Assembly (NCBI GenBank): GCA_003452395.1
Contig: DMOI01000040.1
Location: 3,508 to 67,507 of the forward strand
Direction: 5' to 3'
DNA from: Clostridiales bacterium
GTDB lineage: Bacteria; Bacillota; Clostridia; Lachnospirales; UBA12420
DNA: 64,000 nt
Shown here in pieces: positions 46,087-53,962 of this stretch. The notes beneath the pieces are model-generated. The model was not told where the DNA came from. It did not search any database and worked only from the letters and a program-made list of their open reading frames with translations. How positions within the stretch are numbered: the first letter of the stretch is position 1; the number at the start of each line of letters is the position of its first letter. The translations under genes and the position numbers were made by a program.

Positions 46087-47721
46087 ATGAAAATAACATT
46101 TTTAGGGGCAGCAAAGACAGTAACGGGTTCATGTTATTTAGTACAATTTAATAATAAAAATTTTCTAGTAGATTGTGGAATGTTTCAAGGTCATAGCAAG
46201 GAAAATGAATTTAACGAAGAGCCTTTTCCATTTAATGCTGCAGATATAGATTACATTCTTTTAACTCATTCACATATAGACCACAGTGGTAGAATACCTA
46301 AAATCTATAAAGATGGTTTTAGAGGACAAGTTATTTGTACAAAGGCAACACATGATTTATGTCAAATAATGTTGCCCGACAGTGGATTTATTCAAGAGCA
46401 TGAAGCAGAATGGAAAAATCGTAAACTAATAAGAGCAGGTAAGTCACCAATTCCGCCAATGTATACAGCAGAAGAAGCTATGCAGTCTTTAAAACTTTTT
46501 AAATATATTTCTTATTATGAGGATGTTAGTTTAAGCGATGATCTAAGAGTCAGATTTTTAGATGCTGGACATATATTAGGTTCTTCAATCCTAGAAATAT
46601 GGGTAAGAGAAAACGGACATGAGACGAAAATAGTATTTTCAGGGGATTTAGGGAATAATGATTTACCAATACTTAGAGCTCCTGATATAATAGAAGATGC
46701 GGATTATTTAATAATAGAATCTACATATGGTAATAGATTACATAGTCAAACAGAAGATAGAGTTCACAAGCTTATGAATATTATGAAAGAAACTATAGAT
46801 AGAGGTGGAAATGTAATCATACCTTCATTTGCTGTTGGTAGAACACAAGAAATAATATATGAAATTCATAAATTTAAAGAAGAATATCCTGAATATGTTA
46901 AGTTTTTAAATGAAACGCCTGTATATATAGACAGTCCACTTGCGATATCTGCAACAGAAGTATTTAGAAATAACCTTGACTGTTTTGACGAAGAAGCACA
47001 AACATATGTACGAAATGGGGATAACCCACTCGACTTCCCAGGTCTAAAGCTTAGTAAAAGTGCCGACGATTCTAAAGCTTTAAATGAAGACCAAGTACCA
47101 AAAATAATAATTTCAGCAAGTGGAATGTGTGAAGCTGGAAGGATAAGACATCACTTAAAGCATAATTTATGGAAACCAGAAAGTAGCATATTATTTGTTG
47201 GATATCAAGCAGTTGGTACCCTTGGTCGCAGGCTAACAGATGGTGCTAAGAAAGTAAAACTTTTTGGTGAAGAAATATCAGTAAATGCAAAAATAGAAGT
47301 TATAGAGGGCTATTCAGGACATGCTGATCAAAATGGACTCATAGACTGGGTAAAGCATATAAAAAACAAACCTAAAAAAGTCTTTATTGTTCACGGTGAA
47401 CCTGACGCTCAAGAAGTATTTAGCAAACTATTAGATGAAAAATTTGGTTTTGATACGGTTATCCCTGAATATGCAGATCACTTTGACTTAACTATAGGTG
47501 ATGTTGTTGAAACACCATTTAAAGAGACAAAAGATAAATTTATAAGACTTCAACTTCTTTCACAAATAGAAATATTGCAAGAACAAGCAGATTTTATAGG
47601 TATGCATATAAACCAAGCTTATTTAAATAATAAATCTGATGAGGAAATAGAAGAACTGCAAAGCAAACTTTCAGATTTAGATAGAGATTTGGTTAGTATA
47701 AGGGCGAATTTGATAAAATAG
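46087..47721 (+). CDS. MBL-fold beta-CASP family hydrolase (RNA-metabolising, CPSF/RNase J-like)
   Basis: 544 aa. LTHSHIDHSG (HxHxDH), ESTYG, GYSGHAD, VHGE. Confidence 0.85.
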   Translation: MKITFLGAAKTVTGSCYLVQFNNKNFLVDCGMFQGHSKENEFNEEPFPFNAADIDYILLTHSHIDHSGRIPKIYKDGFRGQVICTKATHDLCQIMLPDSGFIQEHEAEWKNRKLIRAGKSPIPPMYTAEEAMQSLKLFKYISYYEDVSLSDDLRVRFLDAGHILGSSILEIWVRENGHETKIVFSGDLGNNDLPILRAPDIIEDADYLIIESTYGNRLHSQTEDRVHKLMNIMKETIDRGGNVIIPSFAVGRTQEIIYEIHKFKEEYPEYVKFLNETPVYIDSPLAISATEVFRNNLDCFDEEAQTYVRNGDNPLDFPGLKLSKSADDSKALNEDQVPKIIISASGMCEAGRIRHHLKHNLWKPESSILFVGYQAVGTLGRRLTDGAKKVKLFGEEISVNAKIEVIEGYSGHADQNGLIDWVKHIKNKPKKVFIVHGEPDAQEVFSKLLDEKFGFDTVIPEYADHFDLTIGDVVETPFKETKDKFIRLQLLSQIEILQEQADFIGMHINQAYLNNKSDEEIEELQSKLSDLDRDLVSIRANLIK

Positions 47722-47728
47722 AACCAAA

Positions 47729-47768
47729 CATATAAGCGAGCCATGATGCTCGCTTATATGTTATTATT
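47729..47768 (+). terminator. Rho-independent terminator
   Basis: 12-bp arms catataagcgag/ctcgcttatatg followed by a T-rich tract. Confidence 0.75.
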
Positions 47769-48018
47769 AATAATTTTCATCCAAAGTCAGGTAAACCCAC
47801 TTTTTCGAAGCTAGGGTAAACCAACGGAAATATCTATTTCCACATCCATCAGAAACCCATTTATTCCTTGTAATGCACAACTAAAAACTTTTGAAAACAT
47901 TGAAACACGTCCTTTCATGAAAAATATAAAATATTTTAGAAAATTATTGAAAATATAACTACATAATGTTAAAATTTGGCTATATAAAAATTACTATACT
48001 TTACGAGGAGGATTAACC

Positions 48019-48651
48019 ATGTTAAATTCATTTTTAAAACTATTTTACAAACCAGAAGAAGTTATACTGGAAAAGTTAGAACCGAAGGTTAGATGGGGGC
48101 ATATCGGATTTTTTATTCTATGGGTTATTTCATTACCTGTAGCAATACTATTGTTTAATATAATAAATATAATTCTTAACATGAGTCAGGGTATAAACAC
48201 ATTTATGTTGGGTTTCTGGATGTCACAAATGTTCGGAACTCTACTGGGGACTATAGCTGGCGCAGCGTTATGGTTGATATTAAGCACTATTTGTATAAAA
48301 CTGTTGGGTTTCATTGTTGGTGGTAAGGCAACTATGAACGAAATTGCAATTTCACAAATATATGTAACCATTCCAGTTATCGCAGTGTCTATTATTACCA
48401 TCATTATTACATTTTTAAATTATTCTACCGATGGTATTTTATCTAACATACTTCAAATGCTTGAAAATATTATGTATGTACTGACAGCTATCTATTCTAT
48501 TTACCTGGAAGTTAGGGTTGTTTCTGCACTTCAAAGAATTAACTTGATTAAAGCGATAGTGAATTGTTCTGTATTTATTGTTTTGGCGATATTGACAGCA
48601 ATAAAATATGGTCAAATTGTAATAAATGTATATAACAATACAATGAAATAA
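48019..48651 (+). CDS. Yip1-like polytopic membrane protein
   Basis: 210 aa, ~5 TM. N-terminal LKLFYKPEEVILEKLE...W pattern resembles Yip1/DUF1282 proteins. Family call is tentative. Confidence 0.5.
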   Translation: MLNSFLKLFYKPEEVILEKLEPKVRWGHIGFFILWVISLPVAILLFNIINIILNMSQGINTFMLGFWMSQMFGTLLGTIAGAALWLILSTICIKLLGFIVGGKATMNEIAISQIYVTIPVIAVSIITIIITFLNYSTDGILSNILQMLENIMYVLTAIYSIYLEVRVVSALQRINLIKAIVNCSVFIVLAILTAIKYGQIVINVYNNTMK

Positions 48652-48909
48652 AACTAAATTTCATCAAACATCCGAAAGGGTGTTTTTTAAAACCATATAA
48701 AATTGCCTATTCGCAGTCGGGAAATAGTAGCCGAAGTTTTTAAAATAATTTATAAATTTATGAAATCCTTATCCTATAAGGATTTGCAGTCGGGATTTAG
48801 TAGCCTACTTTCTCAAAGGCTGGAAGGCCAACGACTATAGTATAGTCGGTGTACGAATTTGCGAAAAATTTTGATATATTTTGTTTTATGTGATTTTTAA
48901 TTTCAGGCA

Positions 48910-48938
48910 TTGACATAATATATATTATACTATATAAT
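48910..48938 (+). promoter_or_regulatory. Consensus sigma-A promoter of the toxin-antitoxin operon
   Basis: TTGACA, 17 nt, TATAAT, embedded in AT-palindromic sequence (possible operator). Confidence 0.65.
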
Positions 48939-48950
48939 ATTTTTAGCGAG

Positions 48951-49202
48951 GTGGTTATATTGAAAACTGTAGATGCAAATCAGGATATAAGTGAATTAAT
49001 AGAAGAAACGAAGAAAACATCAAAGCCTATACGAATAAAAAGCAAAAAAGGGAGTGCGATATTGATTTCCTCAGCTTATTTTAAAGCAATTCAGGAAACT
49101 TTATATTTGAGCTCTATGCCAGAAGTAAAAAAGGCTATAATAGATGGGATGTGTACTTCCGTAGAAGAATGCGAGGAACTTGATTGGAAAGATATAAAAT
49201 AG
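48951..49202 (+). CDS. Phd/YefM-family type II antitoxin
   Basis: 83 aa. ...TSKPIRIKSKKGSAILISSAYFKAIQETLYL... pattern. Overlaps the downstream toxin gene. The real start may be TTG 48960. Confidence 0.75.
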   Translation: MVILKTVDANQDISELIEETKKTSKPIRIKSKKGSAILISSAYFKAIQETLYLSSMPEVKKAIIDGMCTSVEECEELDWKDIK

Positions 49203-49450
49203 TATACAGTAAACAAGCTATTAAGGATGCAGATAATTTTAGAAACTCTTCGCTTAAGGATAAAATAGTAAAATTAATAAGAATACTAGAAGTTAATCCA
49301 TTTCAAAACCCACCTAGATATGAAAAATTATTAGGAGATTTGAAAGGAGCTTATTCAAGAAGAATAAATGTTCAGCATAGATTGGTTTATGAGGTTTTGA
49401 AGGTAGAAAAGATAGTGAAAATATTAAAGCTATGGACTCACTACGAATAA
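49184..49450 (+). CDS. YoeB/Txe-family type II toxin (mRNA interferase)
   Basis: 88 aa. ...LKGAYSRRINVQHRLVYEV...ILKLWTHYE matches the YoeB C-terminal catalytic region (SRRI..EHRLVY...HY). Confidence 0.85.
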   Translation: MERYKIVYSKQAIKDADNFRNSSLKDKIVKLIRILEVNPFQNPPRYEKLLGDLKGAYSRRINVQHRLVYEVLKVEKIVKILKLWTHYE

Positions 49451-49505
49451 ATCTAACTGAGTTCACGAAAAAATATAACTCAAAATGTAGCAAAAAGATG
49501 ATTTT

Positions 49506-49537
49506 AAAACAGTATCAAAATTTTGATACTGTTTTTT
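49506..49537 (+). terminator. Rho-independent terminator after the TA operon
   Basis: Perfect palindrome aaaacagtatcaaaa/ttttgatactgtttt plus a T run. Confidence 0.8.
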
Positions 49538-49597
49538 GCATATAAAAAAATAAAGTGAATATATATGTACAAGATTATAAAATACAAAGGAGGAAAT

Positions 49598-50155
49598 ATG
49601 GAATACGTAAAAGAATGGTTGAATAATATAGCAATGTATATGGTATTAACAATGTTTATCAATATAATAATCCCAAATAAAGCCTACAAGAAATACATAA
49701 ACTTAATTTTGGGTTTTGTACTTATTATAATTGTACTAGCACCTATAAATAAACTATTAAATGATTCTGATAGTTTTCTTGAAAGAAATATCGTTAAACA
49801 GAAGAGTCAGTTAGATAACAAACAATTTGCAATAAATCAAAGTCAACTAGAAAATCAGAAGAAGAAGGCAATACTTGAAATATTTAAAAATAATGTAAAA
49901 GACCAGATTGAAAATATTTTATTTCAAAATATGGAGCTAAAGGTATTAAAGTTAGAGTTAGGTATGAATGATGGCAATGAAAATACTGGTGAGCTTGAAA
50001 GTATAAAAATTACCGTTTCACAAAACAAAAACTATATCCTGAATAATGAAGTAGGTGGACTTAATAAAGAAATATTAGAAAAAAAGATTAAAATTTTATT
50101 AAAAAACTTCTATTGTATCGACGAAAATAATATATATGTAACTGTACAAGTTTAA
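49598..50155 (+). CDS. spoIIIAF: Stage III sporulation protein AF
   Basis: 185 aa from ATG 49598 (AAAGGAGG RBS). MEYVKEWLNNIAMYMVLTMFINIIIPNKAYKKYINLILGFVLIIIVLAPI matches the SpoIIIAF two-TM N-terminus. Confidence 0.85.
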   Translation: MEYVKEWLNNIAMYMVLTMFINIIIPNKAYKKYINLILGFVLIIIVLAPINKLLNDSDSFLERNIVKQKSQLDNKQFAINQSQLENQKKKAILEIFKNNVKDQIENILFQNMELKVLKLELGMNDGNENTGELESIKITVSQNKNYILNNEVGGLNKEILEKKIKILLKNFYCIDENNIYVTVQV

Positions 50156-50169
50156 TGGGAGGAGAACTA

Positions 50170-50616
50170 ATGAAAAATTACAAGGAGTTGTTTGAAAAGC
50201 TTATAAGAGGGGGAGATAACACACTTAAAAAACTTATTTTTGCTTTTATAATTGGACTAATATTAATGAACATTGGCAATTTTGTATTTGACAAAAAAGA
50301 TACTTATATAGAAGAAATACCAGAAAAAACTATAAGTTTAAAAGAAGAAGATTCTACATACAAAACAACTATAGAAAAAAGATTAAGTAAAGCTTTAGAA
50401 AATGTGCCAGGTGCTGGAAAAACAGAAGCAATAATAAATATAGTGGAAAGCAAAGAAAACTTTAATGACAAGTCAAGCGAAGTAAAAGGAGTGCTTGTAA
50501 TATCAGAAGGAGCAGATAATTTAAGAGTAAAGGAGGAATTACAAAAGGCAACGCAGATTTTATTAGATTTACCTATACATAAGGTGTATGTGATTAGAAG
50601 TGAAAATTTAAAATAA
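50170..50616 (+). CDS. spoIIIAG: Stage III sporulation protein AG
   Basis: 148 aa (GGGAGGAG RBS). One TM. C-terminal VKGVLVISEGADNLRVKEELQKATQILLDLPIHKVYV is the SpoIIIAG ring-domain end. Confidence 0.85.
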   Translation: MKNYKELFEKLIRGGDNTLKKLIFAFIIGLILMNIGNFVFDKKDTYIEEIPEKTISLKEEDSTYKTTIEKRLSKALENVPGAGKTEAIINIVESKENFNDKSSEVKGVLVISEGADNLRVKEELQKATQILLDLPIHKVYVIRSENLK

Positions 50617-50643
50617 CGATTAATTATACGAGGAGGAGTTTAA

Positions 50644-51306
50644 ATGTTTGTAATAAAAAAGAATCAAATTATAATAGTTGCATTGGTTGCAATGATAGCA
50701 ATAGCAGGATATTTTAATTATGTGGATACTAGTAATGAAGAGAGTAAATTAGTTTTGCAAGATGCAACGGATATAAAAGCACCAACTGATATAGATAATA
50801 AAAGTAATATAGACAATACGGAAAATAAAGCCAAACCAGATACTTTAGATACTGAGGGCATGAAAGTGCCTAAAGAGGTTGCTAGTGATAATGAACAAAT
50901 AGGCTCAGCAGTATTTGTAAATAACTCGTTTGACGAAGAAGTACAAGAAACCTTTTTCCTTCAAGCTAAAATGAATAGAGAACAAACAAGAGCAGAGAGA
51001 AAAGATTGGCTTACACAAGTAATAAATAACGATAATGTTGCAACTGACAAAAAAGGTGAGGCAACAGACGAACTTATAGATATGCAAAAAAGAATAGAAA
51101 AAGAAAATTCCATCGAGTCAATGATAGAAGCAAAGGGATTTTCAGAAGTATATGTTAGAATTGATGATGATTCTGTAGATGTTGTAGTCAATGTAGAAAA
51201 CTTATCAGAGCAACAAATTGCACAAATAGCGGAAATAACAAGTAGAAAAACAGGGTTACCTATAAGTAAAATAAAAATAACCCCACTTAAGAAAGAAGCA
51301 AAGTAA
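50644..51306 (+). CDS. spoIIIAH: Stage III sporulation protein AH
   Basis: 220 aa. N-terminal TM, FFLQAKMNREQTRAERKDWL..., IEAKGFSEVYVRIDDDSVDVVVN (YscJ/FliF-like fold region). Confidence 0.85.
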   Translation: MFVIKKNQIIIVALVAMIAIAGYFNYVDTSNEESKLVLQDATDIKAPTDIDNKSNIDNTENKAKPDTLDTEGMKVPKEVASDNEQIGSAVFVNNSFDEEVQETFFLQAKMNREQTRAERKDWLTQVINNDNVATDKKGEATDELIDMQKRIEKENSIESMIEAKGFSEVYVRIDDDSVDVVVNVENLSEQQIAQIAEITSRKTGLPISKIKITPLKKEAK

Positions 51307-51320
51307 ATTTGCTTCTTTTT
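51293..51320 (+). terminator. Rho-independent terminator after spoIIIAH
   Basis: aagaagcaaa-gtaaa-tttgcttctt plus a T run, overlapping the stop codon. Confidence 0.7.
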
Positions 51321-51397
51321 ATTCACCAATATATAACTTTTGAATAAAATACTAATAGAAGTTCGCAAGACTTCAAATTTTTGGGAGGTGTTTTGAA

Positions 51398-52003
51398 GTG
51401 GCAAGAAGAGGTGGAAGAGTAAATTGGTCAAATGCGGGATGTTATGATCCTGTTAATGAGTGTTTACCATATGAAGTTGGTGGAGTCTCAGTCATACAAG
51501 ATAGGGTATCTGAGCCTATAAGAGAGGTAATAAACCTAAATCCATGCCCTAATCATAAGATATTAGATGTTGTTGACATAAACTCAGAAGCATATGTAAG
51601 TAACTGTAATATAACTGTTTGTGATAACTATGTAATGATAGATGGATTTATTAAGAAAAATATTATATATTCATTTATTGAAGATTTTCCAGGAAATGTT
51701 TCAGAGTTACGTCCATGTACATTTAATAGTTGTAATTGCGCAGTACTAGATACTGAACTCGGTAACTTAATAGCTTGGTATCCATTTAGTATAAAAATCA
51801 AAGTATGCGATGCAAATATATTAGTTGATTGTAAGTTAAGATGTATTTCAATAAAAGAATGTCAACAAAGTGATAGATTTATATATGAAGAATGTCCGAT
51901 ATTAACTTTACCTGGAATATTCTTAGGAGCAAAAATTTTCCCTATAATAGCTATTGTTGCAAACGATATAGTAACTGTTGACCTTGTTTGTACAAAATCA
52001 TAG
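51398..52003 (+). CDS. Cysteine-rich hypothetical protein (possible DUF3794/SPOCS-like spore coat-associated protein)
   Basis: 201 aa, GTG start behind a GGGAGG RBS. 17 Cys. Repeated '...V.D..V.IDGFIKKNIIY...' beta-rich pattern. The family call is weak. Confidence 0.45.
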   Translation: MARRGGRVNWSNAGCYDPVNECLPYEVGGVSVIQDRVSEPIREVINLNPCPNHKILDVVDINSEAYVSNCNITVCDNYVMIDGFIKKNIIYSFIEDFPGNVSELRPCTFNSCNCAVLDTELGNLIAWYPFSIKIKVCDANILVDCKLRCISIKECQQSDRFIYEECPILTLPGIFLGAKIFPIIAIVANDIVTVDLVCTKS

Positions 52004-52026
52004 TCTAGATATCAGACAAATCTGAT

Positions 52027-52074
52027 GTGGTATGTTACTTCGTAACGTGGTATGGTAGTGGTATATTGTGGTAT
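52027..52074 (+). promoter_or_regulatory. Array of four phased GTGGTAT direct repeats (candidate regulator binding sites)
   Basis: GTGGTAT at 52027, 52047, 52058 and 52068 (spacing 20, 11, 10 nt). An inverted copy (ttaccac) lies at 52117-52123. Located upstream of the GT2-TPR gene. Confidence 0.35.
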
Positions 52075-52174
52075 ATTGTAAAACAATTATCATACGTAGT
52101 ATATCACAGTAAATCCTTACCACGTGAGAAGCACATATCATTTTTTGTGCAAAAAAATAGTGGTGGTGAAGAAT

Positions 52175-53251
52175 GTGGCGACAATTAGTTTATGTATGAT
52201 CGTAAAAAATGAGGAAGAATATATAGCAAAATGTTTAAATTCTGTAAGTGACTTGGTTGATGAGATTATAATAGTTGATACAGGGTCCACAGATAACACT
52301 GAAGAAATAGTAAGTGAATACACTAATAATATATACTTTTTTGATTTTGCAGATGATTTTTCAGCTGCAAGAAATTATTCTTTTGAAAAAGCCTCAAAAG
52401 ATTATATTTTTTGGCTTGATGCAGACGATGTTTTACTAGAAAGGGATCGTGTAAAATTTAAAGAACTAAAAAATAGACTAGATGATGAAGTAGGTATTGT
52501 TGCAATGAAATATAATTATATTTTCGATGAAGAGGACAATGTAGTTTTATCTTTTTACAAAGAACGACTGATACGTAGAGAACTAAAACCATTATGGATT
52601 GAACCTGTTCATGAATATATTAATGTAGATGCTGATATTTATAAAACAGATATAACTATTACTCATACAAGAAAAAACACACAAAGTGATAGAAACATAA
52701 AAATTTATAGAAAATTTTTATATGAAGGTAATGAATTATCACAAAAAGGCATGATGTATTATGGAATGGAGCTTTTAAGTAACAATCTAATACAAGAAGC
52801 GATTTTTCAACTTGGAAAATTTTTAAAACTAAAATCAGAGTGGGACAGTGAATGTGAATGGGTGTGTTTAGAATTGTCAGCATGTTATTTAAAGCTTCAT
52901 GATTATGATAATGCCATAAAAGCATTATTATACTGTTTTGAGAAATGTGTCCCCAGAGCAGAAATATGCTGCGAAATCGGAAATTGTTTTGTTTATAAAA
53001 AGGAATATGATAATGCAACGTTTTGGTTTGAGCTTACTGTAGCTATGAAAAAAGTAAGAGATGATTTTAGTTTTGTACTCGATATGTATATAGATTTTAT
53101 ACCCAATTATCAACTAGGAATCTGCCATTATTCACTAGGTGATATCGAAAGAGCTATTTATTACAATGAAGAAGCTCTGAAAGCCAGACCAAATAATATA
53201 AATGCAAAGAAAAATGATACTTTATACAAAAAAATTCAGGCGAATGCTTGA
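52175..53251 (+). CDS. Family 2 glycosyltransferase fused to TPR repeats
   Basis: ISLCMIVKNEEEYIAKCL, IVDTGSTDNT, WLDADD (DxD). The C-terminal half is TPR-like. Start GTG 52175 preferred over track start 52124. Confidence 0.8.
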   Translation: MATISLCMIVKNEEEYIAKCLNSVSDLVDEIIIVDTGSTDNTEEIVSEYTNNIYFFDFADDFSAARNYSFEKASKDYIFWLDADDVLLERDRVKFKELKNRLDDEVGIVAMKYNYIFDEEDNVVLSFYKERLIRRELKPLWIEPVHEYINVDADIYKTDITITHTRKNTQSDRNIKIYRKFLYEGNELSQKGMMYYGMELLSNNLIQEAIFQLGKFLKLKSEWDSECEWVCLELSACYLKLHDYDNAIKALLYCFEKCVPRAEICCEIGNCFVYKKEYDNATFWFELTVAMKKVRDDFSFVLDMYIDFIPNYQLGICHYSLGDIERAIYYNEEALKARPNNINAKKNDTLYKKIQANA

Positions 53252-53378
53252 ATTTTTTTTGTATAAAGTGTAGAATGGGAAGAACAGATAACAGATAGTT
53301 ATAGCACAAACATATTACTTATGTACTAGTTTTTACTGTCATCTGTTATATGTTATCTAAAAAACGGGAGGTTTAATT

Positions 53379-53951
53379 ATGGTTTATATATTTTTAGCAG
53401 AAGGATTTGAGGAAATAGAGGTTGTAACGCCTATTGATATAATAAAAAGAGCGGGTATAGATATAAGAATGATATCCATATCAGATAGATTGGAAGTTTT
53501 GGGTGCACATGGTATGACCATAGTTGCTGATGAAACCTTTGATGAAGCTGATTTTTTTGATGCAGAAATGTTTATATTACCAGGTGGTAAAAAAGGTACA
53601 GAAAATCTTGCTAAACATGATGAATTAAGAAGTTTAATAATTGAAAAAAATGAGCAAAATAAATATATAGCAGCAATTTGTGCAGCACCTGCAATACTTG
53701 GACAAATGGGATTATTACAAGATAAGGTAGCTACATGTTATCCAGGTAATGAGGGTATGCTAAAAGGAGCAAAACTATCAGATAATAATGTTGTAACTGA
53801 TGGAAATATAATTACATCTAGAGGACCAGGAACTGCACAAAATTTTGGACTTAGAATTGTTAAAATATTAAAAGGTAAGGAAGTAGCAGAAAAACTAAAC
53901 GAAGCAATGCTTTTTAAACGAAGATATGAAATAATGATAAAGGAAAAATAG
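53379..53951 (+). CDS. DJ-1/PfpI/ThiJ-family protein
   Basis: 190 aa. LPGG..G and nucleophile elbow AAICAAPAILG. Confidence 0.88.
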   Translation: MVYIFLAEGFEEIEVVTPIDIIKRAGIDIRMISISDRLEVLGAHGMTIVADETFDEADFFDAEMFILPGGKKGTENLAKHDELRSLIIEKNEQNKYIAAICAAPAILGQMGLLQDKVATCYPGNEGMLKGAKLSDNNVVTDGNIITSRGPGTAQNFGLRIVKILKGKEVAEKLNEAMLFKRRYEIMIKEK

Positions 53952-53962
53952 GGGGAACGTTG

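Noticed and set aside
48711-48806. Possible mini-CRISPR array (two similar ~20-nt repeats ~75 nt apart)
   Set aside because: There are only two copies, and the shared core is ~20-23 nt, shorter than typical CRISPR repeats. The flanks do not match and no cas genes are in the window. It is kept only as an unexplained repeat.
50961-51431. 156-aa minus-strand ORF. The same reasoning applies to 16981-17301, 12872-13216, 52659-53018, 61073-61429, 20542-20946 and 25556-25897 (all antisense ORFs in the track)
   Set aside because: Each lies antisense to a confidently identified gene, lacks an RBS and has the S/F/L/I-rich composition expected from reading AT-rich, purine-biased coding strands backwards.
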